A DNA stretch of 64,000 nt. Origin: an uncultured bacterium (GTDB lineage: Bacteria; Patescibacteriota; Minisyncoccia; Phycocordibacterales; UBA6065). This document shows, one piece after another, positions 55,939 through 64,000 of this stretch. The stretch spans positions 143,995-207,994 of the forward strand of contig CBIMES010000001.1 in the NCBI GenBank assembly GCA_966243015.1, written 5' to 3'. Below the pieces are notes generated by a model. The model ran no database searches and had not been told where the DNA came from. It saw only the letters and a program-made list of their open reading frames with translations. How positions within the stretch are numbered: position 1 is the stretch's first letter; every line of letters starts with the position of its first letter. The position numbers and the translations under genes are program-made.

Positions 55939-56376
55939 ATGAACATTCATTATGAACGCGACAGGGTCGCTGAGGCACTGGAAACCCCAGAGGGAATAGA
56001 GCGTGTCGAGAGGCTGTTTCTCGACGTCGACGGCGTCGTGGGCTTTGCCTTCGACCCCATGACGGGCGACCACGAGCTGAGCGTTAGGGGAGACCCTCAC
56101 GACTCGGCGAGGCTCAACCTGTTCTGTAGGATGCGGGAACGGCTGACGTCCGAGGATTACGAGCGCGCCGAGCGAGCTATCGTCATCGGCAGGGCGGTTC
56201 ATCTGCCTGGCCTCGAGCACCCGCTCGTGCTTCTCATCCTCAAGGAGAAAGATTCGCTTGAGTTCTTCGAGGGTCAGGTGTTCCGTCTCGGCATCGCCAT
56301 TCCGGTGGGGTCGAGCTTCAGAAGAGCCGGCAAGCACGATGTTGCCTCGGTTGCGGCCAACGGCGGCTTCCGATAA
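55939..56376 (+). CDS. orphan hypothetical protein
   Basis: 145-aa ORF followed by a palindromic terminator. Confidence 0.6.
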   Translation: MNIHYERDRVAEALETPEGIERVERLFLDVDGVVGFAFDPMTGDHELSVRGDPHDSARLNLFCRMRERLTSEDYERAERAIVIGRAVHLPGLEHPLVLLILKEKDSLEFFEGQVFRLGIAIPVGSSFRRAGKHDVASVAANGGFR

Positions 56377-56382
56377 AAACAC

Positions 56383-56412
56383 AAGGCCGTCCAGCGTACG
56401 CTGGACGGCCTT
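56383..56412. repeat. perfect 30-bp palindrome / terminator
   Basis: AAGGCCGTCCAGCGT|ACGCTGGACGGCCTT. Confidence 0.9.
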
Positions 56413-56539
56413 TTCATTCGCGTACAGTGCGCCTCTTATCCACAGGCCCCTATGTGCTGCTCGCGCTTATTCTGCTACGGTGAAAAGTGGGCGGGAGTTC
56501 ATCAAAAACCAGACACAAAAATCAAACCATGAGGAAACT

Positions 56540-57010
56540 ATGAACAGGTTACCGTCGCTAGACCCGGACGTTCTTGCCCTGGGTGCCTCTTCGTCCACTG
56601 CCGGTGTCGTTCCGACATTTGGGGGCATACCGGGTGTGGCGGAGAAGATAGAGAGGCTCCGGATCATCGATCCGGAATTCGATGACTACATCGCCAGCAT
56701 TCCCACCGTAAGGGTGTTCGTCAATGAGGATCATCTCGCCCTCAAGGGCAAGATTCTTCTGTCGCACATCGACGAGGAGGGAGGTGGTCGCGAGGCTGCC
56801 ATCATCATGGTCGAACGGGGGAGCGGCGTTAAGTCCGCCCTCATCTTCGTTCGCAGGCATGTAAACGGATACGGTAACGAGTGGGCCATTCCAGCAGGCC
56901 CCCTCAGCCCTGGTCTCCAGAAGTGGTCGAGCAAGGCCGTTATCGAGCTCAATGACTCCGAGCTCGGCAGCGTCATGCTCGCCCTCTATGGATACAGGTC
57001 ACCCCATTAA
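56540..57010 (+). CDS. orphan hypothetical protein
   Basis: GAGG upstream of ATG 56540; palindromic terminator downstream. Confidence 0.6.
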   Translation: MNRLPSLDPDVLALGASSSTAGVVPTFGGIPGVAEKIERLRIIDPEFDDYIASIPTVRVFVNEDHLALKGKILLSHIDEEGGGREAAIIMVERGSGVKSALIFVRRHVNGYGNEWAIPAGPLSPGLQKWSSKAVIELNDSELGSVMLALYGYRSPH

Positions 57011-57034
57011 ATTTTCGCGGGATTTGATGTGTTC

Positions 57035-57064
57035 AGCCGGTTGGTCGCATGCGACCAACCGGCT
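57035..57064. repeat. perfect 30-bp palindrome / terminator
   Basis: AGCCGGTTGGTCGCA|TGCGACCAACCGGCT. Confidence 0.9.
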
Positions 57065-57091
57065 TTTTATTACGGTCCTTATTGCTTGGGT

Positions 57092-57141
57092 TCACAAAAA
57101 CGAAAACCGCGCCAGTACTGGCGCGGTTTTCGTTTTTGTGA
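57092..57141. repeat. perfect 50-bp palindrome overlapping the tRNA-Glu 3' end
   Basis: TCACAAAAACGAAAACCGCGCCAGT|ACTGGCGCGGTTTTCGTTTTTGTGA. Confidence 0.9.
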
Positions 57142-57210
57142 CCCTACAGGGAATCGAACCCTGATTTAAAGCTTGAGAAGCTTCCGTCCTAGCCGTTAGA
57201 CGATAGGGCC
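57139..57210 (-). tRNA. tRNA-Glu(CTC)
   Basis: GGCCCTA...TAGGGTC-A acceptor, GTCTAACGGCTAGGAC D arm, loop TT-CTC-AA, GGTTCGATTCC; CCA not encoded. Confidence 0.95.
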
Positions 57211-57301
57211 GTGCGAAATATACTACAGTAAAACCCTAAAATGTTCAATATCTCGATGAAAAAGGGCCCGCCGGAGTGCGGCGGGCCCTGAAGGGTGGAC
57301 T

Positions 57302-57643
57302 CTATTCAATTATGTCGCCCAGTCGACGGCGTTCCGCGCGGAGCTGGTCCCCGAGGTCCTGGATGGTTGCCGAGGACCTGAGGAGGTCGATGTCGCCGAG
57401 CCGTGAGAGCTTTGCGCGGAGGTCGCCCAGACTGTCGATGAGGGCGGTCGTGTCGCGCCTTGCCTTTTCGTCCGTCATCTGGCGCAACGAGTCTTCGAGC
57501 CCGGCGACAATCCCTCTGACGAGGGTCTCGCCGGCGTCGGCCTGCTGGGTGATGTCCGACTGGGTCCTTCTGAGGGATTCTGACGTTTCGTCGAGGCGCG
57601 AGATGGCTGATGTGAGTCCTGAGAGGTCAATGTTCTGGAGCAT
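57302..57643 (-). CDS. coiled-coil orphan
   Basis: 113-aa helical ORF with TTGATT-N16-TATAAT promoter and hairpin at 57263-57289. Confidence 0.65.
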   Translation of the reverse strand: MLQNIDLSGLTSAISRLDETSESLRRTQSDITQQADAGETLVRGIVAGLEDSLRQMTDEKARRDTTALIDSLGDLRAKLSRLGDIDLLRSSATIQDLGDQLRAERRRLGDIIE

Positions 57644-57782
57644 GGGTGAGGGTGTTCTGCTATATATTATACCACTTTTAAAATAAAAATCAAGTATAGG
57701 TCGGACCGTATCTTAGAGGGCGCTCTGGGGCCGCGCCGTGATAGTATTGAAGGGTCTGTTATAGAGTAATAAATTGCCACTT

Positions 57783-58328
57783 ATGTATATTTTCCTTATT
57801 GTCCTTGGCGTCATCGTCCTCTGGGCGGTGCTTGCCTACAACGGCTTCGTCCGCAAGGTGAACCACGTGAAAGAGTCGTGGGCAGATATCGACGTGCAGC
57901 TCAAGAGGCGCTATGACCTGATCCCGAATCTCGTCAACACGGTGAAGGGCTACGCGACCCACGAGACCAAGACCTTCGAGAGTGTCACCGCCGCTCGCTC
58001 TGCGGCTATGGGCGCTGGCGGCGCGCACGACAAGGCGGTCGCCGAGAATCAGCTCGTCGGTGCGCTCAGGTCCGTTTTTGCCATCGCTGAGGCATATCCA
58101 GAGCTCAAGGCCAATCAGAACTTCCTCGAGCTTCAGCGCGAGCTCTCCGACACCGAGAACAAGATTCAGTCCGCCCGACGCTTCTACAACTCGAACGTCA
58201 TGACCCTCAACACCGCGGTCGACTCGTTCCCGGGCAATGTCATCGCCAAGAACTTCGGATTCGCCAAGTCAGAGTACTTCGAGCTTACCGAGGAGGCTGC
58301 AAAGCAGCCTGTTGAAGTTAAGTTCTAA
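57783..58328 (+). CDS. lemA: LemA family protein
   Basis: YN.FV...W..IDVQLKRRYDLIPNLV, EAYPELKANQNF, RRFYN, FP. Confidence 0.95.
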   Translation: MYIFLIVLGVIVLWAVLAYNGFVRKVNHVKESWADIDVQLKRRYDLIPNLVNTVKGYATHETKTFESVTAARSAAMGAGGAHDKAVAENQLVGALRSVFAIAEAYPELKANQNFLELQRELSDTENKIQSARRFYNSNVMTLNTAVDSFPGNVIAKNFGFAKSEYFELTEEAAKQPVEVKF

Positions 58329-59246
58329 ATGAATCTCTACACCCAACAGTCCCACAATGTCTGGAAGACCTGGACTCTCATGTCCGTGTTCTTCATCATG
58401 GTCATGGCGCTCGGTTTCGTGTTCTCGCGCGTGTACGGTAACGTGAACTTTCTGTACGTCGCTGTACTCCTGAGCGTCGCCATGAACGTCGCAAGCTACT
58501 GGTACTCGGACAAGATTGTCCTTCGCATGTCGGGCGCGAGGGAGGCAAGCCGCGACGAGCATCGCGAGCTCTGGAACGTCACCGAGAACCTCGCTATCGC
58601 GGCAGGCCTGCCGATGCCTCGCCTCTACGTCATCGAGGACGAGGCCCCGAACGCCTTTGCCACGGGCAGGAACAAGGAGCACGGGGCGGTGGCCGTCACG
58701 ACGGGCCTTCTCGCCGCCCTCGACAGAAGCGAGCTTGAGGGGGTCGTGGCGCACGAACTCGCCCATATCGGGAATCGCGATATTCTCCTTCAGACGGTCG
58801 TGGTTATCCTTGTCGGTTTCATCACCTTGCTTTCTGACTTCTTCATGCGCATGGGGTTCTTGAGCAATAGGGACAACGACAGGGGAGGCGGGCAGGTGCA
58901 GCTCATTATCACGATCGTCGGCATCGTCCTCGCAGTCCTCTCGCCGATCGTCGCGGTCATCATACAGCTCGCCATCTCGCGCAAGAGAGAGTTTCTCGCC
59001 GATTCTACGGGCGCGCTTATGACAAGGTATCCCGAGGGTCTCGCGAGCGCGCTTCGAAAAATTGAGGGTAGCGGTCTCCGCATGCGCAAGGCGAATCACG
59101 CCACGGCACACCTCTTTATCTCCGATCCCTTTACGGGCGAGGGTAAGAAGGTCGGCTTCCTGACCAGGCTCTTCATGACCCATCCGCCGACCGAGGAGCG
59201 CGTGGCGGCCCTTCTGGGAGGCGGAGGTGCGGTCCAGACAAAATAA
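58329..59246 (+). CDS. htpX: M48 zinc metalloprotease HtpX
   Basis: PNAFATGRN, HELAH, SR.REFLAD, THPP..ER. Confidence 0.95.
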   Translation: MNLYTQQSHNVWKTWTLMSVFFIMVMALGFVFSRVYGNVNFLYVAVLLSVAMNVASYWYSDKIVLRMSGAREASRDEHRELWNVTENLAIAAGLPMPRLYVIEDEAPNAFATGRNKEHGAVAVTTGLLAALDRSELEGVVAHELAHIGNRDILLQTVVVILVGFITLLSDFFMRMGFLSNRDNDRGGGQVQLIITIVGIVLAVLSPIVAVIIQLAISRKREFLADSTGALMTRYPEGLASALRKIEGSGLRMRKANHATAHLFISDPFTGEGKKVGFLTRLFMTHPPTEERVAALLGGGGAVQTK

Positions 59247-59281
59247 TGTATACTGACGGTATAACCCTATTCACGAAACTC

Positions 59282-59692
59282 ATGAAAAAGATACTCATCG
59301 GAATTGTCGTCGTCGCAGTTGTCGCCGCGGGCGTCTGGTTCGCGACCAAGGGCGGCGCGACCGCCCAGATCACCGGTACCGCAAGCTACTCTGACCAGGT
59401 GGATCTCCCTGCGGGAAGCGCCGTCGAGTACGTCCTCATCGACGTGTCGGAGTCGGGCGTCGACTCAGAGACGCTTGCCCAGAAGACCGTCATCACTAAG
59501 GGAGAGGGCTCTCCGTTCTCGTTCGTCCTCGAGTACAACCCAAAGGATATCAATCCGCAGGGCGAGTACTCTGTCGGTGCCCGCGTCCGTGTGAACGGCA
59601 ACATCTGGTGGACCAGCACCTCGAACACGCTCGTCATAACCAACGGTCACCCGACCGAGGGAGTCGAGATTAATCTCGTGAACGTTCGATAG
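59282..59692 (+). CDS. YbaY/YscW-like protein with TM anchor and no lipobox Cys
   Basis: ITGTASY....LP...L.DVS, P..F.LEYNP..I.....YSV.ARV. Confidence 0.75.
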   Translation: MKKILIGIVVVAVVAAGVWFATKGGATAQITGTASYSDQVDLPAGSAVEYVLIDVSESGVDSETLAQKTVITKGEGSPFSFVLEYNPKDINPQGEYSVGARVRVNGNIWWTSTSNTLVITNGHPTEGVEINLVNVR

Positions 59693-59710
59693 TTTTCGGT
59701 CTTATACGTC

Positions 59711-59746
59711 AAGGAAAAGCCCCGCCATTCGGTGGGGCTTTTCCTT
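59711..59746. terminator. bidirectional terminator
   Basis: AAGGAAAAGCCCCGCC attc GGTGGGGCTTTTCCTT. Confidence 0.8.
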
Positions 59747-59752
59747 GCTGGC

Positions 59753-60535
59753 CTATATGCGAGCCTTGATGATGCGTGCCCAGGCTTTAACGCGGGAGAT
59801 GCCGTATCGTGGGTACTGCTTTCGGTGCTTTTTTATGATCTCGAGATGCTCGGTCGCGGCCTTGAGCTTTCTCTCCTTGGTGATGCCACCGCCGTGCTCG
59901 CGGTACCCTGTGGTGTACTCGGGGAGGTTGGCGAGGGTGCCTTGTGTGCCCATCTTGAGCCAGAGGTCATAGTCGTCGTTCACGCGATACGTCGCGTCGT
60001 ATCCGCCGGACGCGCGGGCGGCGTCGAGTCGGTACATGATGCTCGACTGGGCGAACTGGTTGCGAAGGAGGAGGTGGTTTCGGATGCCGGCGTCAGTCGT
60101 CTCGTACTCGAATCGGCCTATCTTTGAGTCTTTCTCATCAATAACGTTGACGAAAGTGCCGACCGCCACGCAGTCGGGATTCGCGGTCATGTGAGCGACC
60201 TGCTTCTCGAGCTTTCGGTCGTCGGACCACACGTCGTCACTGTCGAGCACGGCGACGTAGGTGCCGCGAGCGAGGGTGAGTCCCGAGTTTCTGTTCTCGG
60301 CGATACCCTTGTTCTCTGCGTGACGGACATAGGTGACGCGGGGGTCAGTCGCTGCGATCGCCTTCACGACCTCCTCGGTGTTGTCCGTCGATCCGTCGTC
60401 GAGGACGAGGAGCTCCCAGTCGCGGAAGGTCTGCCAGAGAGCGCTCTCGAGGGCGAGGCCGATGTAGGCGGCGCGATTGTACGTCGCCACGAGGATGGTG
60501 ACGAGTGGCGCCTTTCCGCTCGCGCTGCCGGCCAT
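59753..60535 (-). CDS. glycosyltransferase family 2
   Basis: VTILVATYNR, DDGSTD, N.G....RN.GL, LDSDD, DYDLWL. Confidence 0.93.
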   Translation of the reverse strand: MAGSASGKAPLVTILVATYNRAAYIGLALESALWQTFRDWELLVLDDGSTDNTEEVVKAIAATDPRVTYVRHAENKGIAENRNSGLTLARGTYVAVLDSDDVWSDDRKLEKQVAHMTANPDCVAVGTFVNVIDEKDSKIGRFEYETTDAGIRNHLLLRNQFAQSSIMYRLDAARASGGYDATYRVNDDYDLWLKMGTQGTLANLPEYTTGYREHGGGITKERKLKAATEHLEIIKKHRKQYPRYGISRVKAWARIIKARI

Positions 60536-60540
60536 GTTGT

Positions 60541-61452
60541 TTACAAGCGTGTCCATGATGGGGGGATGAGATCCTTGTACCAGTCGTCGTTGTGCTCGTT
60601 GGCCCAGCGTTTCGGCGCGACGACGATCTTCTCTGGGTTCTGGCCGAGCCACGCGCCCCACCAGCTGAAGGTCGAGTTGGCGATGATGTGATGCTGGCAG
60701 GCGCTCATGAGGGCCATCTCTTCGGCAGGGGTCATGTCAGGCGACGAGACGAAAGCGGTTGGGCAGGGGAAGGAGAGGTTGCGTCGAGCCCATTCGATGT
60801 CGTCCGAGAAGACGTAGAGGCTCGGTACGGCCAGGACTCCGCGCACGCGGGCTCGGTCGTCCATCTTCTCTGCCACGTCCATGAGCGCTCGCTCGTAGTA
60901 CTTCGCGTCGCAGGTCCCGTGATGCTCGCCGGTCGCCTTGTCGCTCACGTAGTCGCCGCGGCGCACGTGAAGGGAGACCGCGTTGTGATTCTCGGTGATG
61001 GCCTTGAACCAGTCGCGGGCCGTCGCCCCTGGCGGTTTTGCCAGGGTGAAGTCGTCGCGGATGGCCTTCTCGAAGTCCTTGAAGTAGTCCTCGGTCTGCC
61101 AGAATCCGTCGAGGTAGACGTCGCCCCTCCGGTCGAGGACGGCGGGGTCGAAGTTGATATAAAATTTCCTCAAAACCTTTGCCTTGAAGAGTCTCCAGGC
61201 CTTTGAGATGGAGCCAAAGGGGTATTTGATACGCAGGATTTCGTCTGCCGAGGCGAGTGGGGCATCGACGTTGAACGAGCGCAGGTCGAAGGTGCGGACG
61301 GTCTCGCCCGAGGTGATGCGGTCGAAGCCCGTGGCGTCGAGCTTGAGGGTGCCATCCTCGCCCCGCTCCTTCATGCGCAGCGATAGGGCGCGTCCGCAGG
61401 CGTACTGGAACATCTGATTGCCGAGGCCGCCCTTGAGATTGACGATGATCAT
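60541..61452 (-). CDS. alpha-1,2-fucosyltransferase (GT11)
   Basis: GGLGNQMFQYA, LHVRRGDY, FSDD, IIANSTFSWWGAWL. Confidence 0.93.
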   Translation of the reverse strand: MIIVNLKGGLGNQMFQYACGRALSLRMKERGEDGTLKLDATGFDRITSGETVRTFDLRSFNVDAPLASADEILRIKYPFGSISKAWRLFKAKVLRKFYINFDPAVLDRRGDVYLDGFWQTEDYFKDFEKAIRDDFTLAKPPGATARDWFKAITENHNAVSLHVRRGDYVSDKATGEHHGTCDAKYYERALMDVAEKMDDRARVRGVLAVPSLYVFSDDIEWARRNLSFPCPTAFVSSPDMTPAEEMALMSACQHHIIANSTFSWWGAWLGQNPEKIVVAPKRWANEHNDDWYKDLIPPSWTRL

Positions 61453-61468
61453 GGGGATTCTGTGGTGA

Positions 61469-62386
61469 TTATGGCTGTATGAGGGAAGAGAGCTCAGTCG
61501 CGCGCTCGCTTGGCACGAAGACGAGGTTGTCATAGGTATAGTCGTCGCGCGTGACGTGCTTCCTGAGGAAGCCCTCGGTCGATATCTCGTAGGGGGCGTA
61601 TCCCGCTGCGAGGAGCAGGTCGAATGCCTCGCTTCGGTTCTTTGCCCAGGCGCTGCCCCCGGCGACCTCGAGAGTGACGACCGGTCGTCCCGTGCCTGGA
61701 GTCGCGAGCAGGTCGGTCGCGCCGCGGAGCACGCTTGCCTCGAAGCCCTCTGCGTCGATTTTGAGGATGTCTGGTCGGATGGTTTTCTCGGCGCAGTACT
61801 CGTCGAGGGTGAGGCTCTGCACGGTGGTCATGGTCGGCTTTCGCGACATCTCGGGCGCGCCGTCAGGGTGCGCGCTGTTGTACGCGCCATATCCCGCGCC
61901 GTAGTCGGCAAAGGAGAGGGACCTGGCTCGCTCTGACACGGCGCTGTTGTTGAGGGTGACGTTCGAAAGGCCCGCCGCGTTCTCGGAAAGGAGTCGGAAC
62001 GTCCAAGGCGTCGGCTCGAAGCTGTGGACCTGGCCCGTCGAGCCCACGAGCTCGGCGAGGAAGGTCGTGTAGAAGCCGACGTGCGCGCCGACGTCGACGA
62101 AGGTCATGCCCTCCTTCGCGTATCTGAGGAAGAAGTTCGTGAGATTCGCCTCGCAGTAGCCGTAGTAGTAGAAGGTATTTCCCTCGGGCAGGTAGCATCG
62201 CATGCGGGTGCCCCACAGGGTCTTGAATGATACCTTATATGGCTTGAGGTGGCCGAGAGCCGCGAGAACATAGAAGGGCGCTGCCCTGAAGGGATCCTTG
62301 GCCAGTCGCGCGAGTCTGCCGAGGGGCCTGAGTGCCTCTCGCTCGGTGACGGTCCTTATCATCTCCTGTCGTGCTGCGTCGGTCAT
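61469..62386 (-). CDS. FkbM family methyltransferase
   Basis: DVGAHVG, FEP, TLD, LKIDAEG.E..VL.G. Confidence 0.9.
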   Translation of the reverse strand: MTDAARQEMIRTVTEREALRPLGRLARLAKDPFRAAPFYVLAALGHLKPYKVSFKTLWGTRMRCYLPEGNTFYYYGYCEANLTNFFLRYAKEGMTFVDVGAHVGFYTTFLAELVGSTGQVHSFEPTPWTFRLLSENAAGLSNVTLNNSAVSERARSLSFADYGAGYGAYNSAHPDGAPEMSRKPTMTTVQSLTLDEYCAEKTIRPDILKIDAEGFEASVLRGATDLLATPGTGRPVVTLEVAGGSAWAKNRSEAFDLLLAAGYAPYEISTEGFLRKHVTRDDYTYDNLVFVPSERATELSSLIQP

Positions 62387-63597
62387 GGGTTTATGTTGCG
62401 GCGTGAGGTGAGTTCCCGGTAGAGATTCCCGTAGGCCTGTGTCATATGGCTTATATCATACCCTGTCCGTATCTTTTGTGCAGATGCAAAGGACATCGCC
62501 CTGAGCTGCGCGGTGTCGAGCGAGAGTATCCAGTCGAGGCCTCCGGCGAGGGCCTTCGTGTCCTCGTACGGGGCGACGAAGCCGTTCTCCCGATGGGTCA
62601 CGACCTCCTTCACTCCACCCACATCGAATGCGGCGACGGGGAGGCCGCAGCTCATGGCCTCGAGGACGACGAGTGGGAAGTTCTCGGCGATTGAGGTGAA
62701 GAGCAGGGCGTCGGCCGCGCTGTAGTAGAGGGCGAGCGTCTTCTTGTCGCTCACATGGCCGACGTACTGGACGAGTCCCTCGTTCGCGTGATCGCCGAGG
62801 TTGCCCACGCAGAGGAAAAGGGTATCGCCGGCGTTGGCGAGGGCGGCGCGGTCAATGATGGCCTGGGTGTGCTTCCAGCCCTTCCAGGTGTTGTCCTTGG
62901 CGTCGACTGCGAGGAAGAGGACAATCTTCTTGTTCTGGGGCAAGCTCAGGGCTGTGCGGGCCCCTGCCTTGTCGGTTCGGGTGAAGGTCGCGGTGTCGAT
63001 GCCGTTTGGGATGAGGCGAATGTCCTGTGTCGCGAGTGTTGTATTGCGTGCTCGATCCTCGAGCCACTTCGACGGGGTCACGACGTGGAAGCGCGACGAC
63101 TCGTAGATGCGGTTCTTCCAGCGGGCGAGGCGCGCGCTGTTGTCCCAGAGGATGCGCGGCGCCACGTCCTTGCTCGGGCAGACGTACAGGCTGTTTGCCA
63201 TATTCGTTCCCTCCATCGTATAGGCGCAGTGCGGGGTGAGAGCCCACTCGTCGTGCAGGGTCCAGACGACGGGTTTGAGCGCCGACATCTTTTTGAGCGT
63301 GCCGAGGTTAAAGAAGCGGCCGTGCAGGTTGTGGCAGTGAACAATGTCTGCCTCCTTGAACTCCGGAGTGTCGAGAATCCAGTCGCTCGAGAGGAGGCTC
63401 TCGGTGGCGAGGAGGAAGCCGAGATACCTTCGCCATGCCTGGCGGGGAATGACCTTCACGCGCGGATCGTCGCTGCGTTTGTCCGCCACAAACATTGAGG
63501 TTGTGTGGCCGAGTGATTCGAGGTATGACTTGAGCTCCCACGACACCTTTGCCGCGCCGCCCAGTATGTCCGTCGTTCCTATGAAAAGTACGTTCAT
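62383..63597 (-). CDS. glycosyltransferase family 4
   Basis: GGAA, HNLH, WTLHD.W, IPNGID, ENFP.V.LEAMSCG.P. Confidence 0.92.
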   Translation of the reverse strand: MNVLFIGTTDILGGAAKVSWELKSYLESLGHTTSMFVADKRSDDPRVKVIPRQAWRRYLGFLLATESLLSSDWILDTPEFKEADIVHCHNLHGRFFNLGTLKKMSALKPVVWTLHDEWALTPHCAYTMEGTNMANSLYVCPSKDVAPRILWDNSARLARWKNRIYESSRFHVVTPSKWLEDRARNTTLATQDIRLIPNGIDTATFTRTDKAGARTALSLPQNKKIVLFLAVDAKDNTWKGWKHTQAIIDRAALANAGDTLFLCVGNLGDHANEGLVQYVGHVSDKKTLALYYSAADALLFTSIAENFPLVVLEAMSCGLPVAAFDVGGVKEVVTHRENGFVAPYEDTKALAGGLDWILSLDTAQLRAMSFASAQKIRTGYDISHMTQAYGNLYRELTSRRNINP

Positions 63598-64000
63598 GAT
63601 CGTGCGAAGAATTTTTTAAGGCGAGGCATCACTCGACTTTGCCACGCGTAGCGAATCCTGCGAGCGAGGGTCGCCTCGTAGATGGTCTTGAACAGATACG
63701 CGTCGGCGGCGTCGTCGGCCTCGATGCGATTGGGGTGCACGAGGGGGTTGTCGATTGGTGACGCCTTCTGGTCCATGTCACGCTCCGCCTTGGCGGTGTG
63801 CGTTGAGTCTGCGCCAAAGCCGATGTTCTGGACGAGGTTCACGTTCGGGGTTATCGAGAGCCCGTTATTGTTCCAGAGGGCAAAGACCCATTTCGCGTCC
63901 CACGGCGTGCGCGTGCCGTTTCGGAGGCTCTCGAAATGGCTGAGCCACTGCCTCTGCTCCTTACCGTGCGGGCGGATGCGCGCGGCCGCGCCCGAGGCGA
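63594..64000 (-). CDS. nucleotide-diphospho-sugar transferase (HlpA-like), 5'-truncated by the window edge
   Basis: PWDAKW.F..W.N.GLSI.PNVNLVQNIGFG.DSTHT; frame open to the window end. Confidence 0.8.
   Translation of the reverse strand, partial: ASGAAARIRPHGKEQRQWLSHFESLRNGTRTPWDAKWVFALWNNNGLSITPNVNLVQNIGFGADSTHTAKAERDMDQKASPIDNPLVHPNRIEADDAADAYLFKTIYEATLARRIRYAWQSRVMPRLKKFFARS

Noticed and set aside
1-64000. Very frequent TCGA/CTCGAG words suggesting a HIP1-like repeat
   Set aside because: Explicable by preferred codon pairs (CTC/ATC/GTC + GAG/GAC); a codon-controlled count would be needed to claim more.
1-64000. Recoded TGA (genetic code 25)
   Set aside because: TGA terminates intact genes, including ATGA overlaps, and conserved genes read through fully in code 11.

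Overview
A 64-kb GC-rich chromosomal segment read with the standard bacterial code. Gene content points to a Patescibacteria/CPR (Parcubacteria-like) genome, which is an inference: two mreB paralogs, reduced holB/priA/truB/proS, several dispersed prepilins, a giant S74-chaperone fibre protein, many short orphans and few Shine-Dalgarno sites. In order, the window holds the AT-rich end of a probable island, a CsoR copper operon, a redox/stress cluster (polyprenyl synthase, msrA/msrB, YceI, PQQ-type dehydrogenase, TspO, nitroreductase/HxlR), an ECF sigma with putative anti-sigma, tRNA-Asn, hpf, fmt/def, priA, an XRE-HTH-MurA fusion, mreB, holB, frr, rseP, proS, mreBC(D)-pbp2, greA, lysS, mraZ-rsmH-ftsL-ftsI-murF, an orphan cluster with tRNA-Glu(CTC), lemA-htpX and a glycosyltransferase cluster. 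Most notable signals: (1) three intergenic copies of a 34-nt hairpin with covarying stems and a fixed GA-GC-GNN-GC-GA core, at two loci, each directly after a terminator T-run; (2) HTH-MurA with a perfect 20-bp palindrome over its own -10 box; (3) a ~1,515-aa double-SGNH/S74 fibre gene split at a G9 tract; (4) pervasive leaderless gene starts; (5) three loop-less perfect palindromes beside tRNA-Glu. All family calls are by motif recognition; no searches were run.
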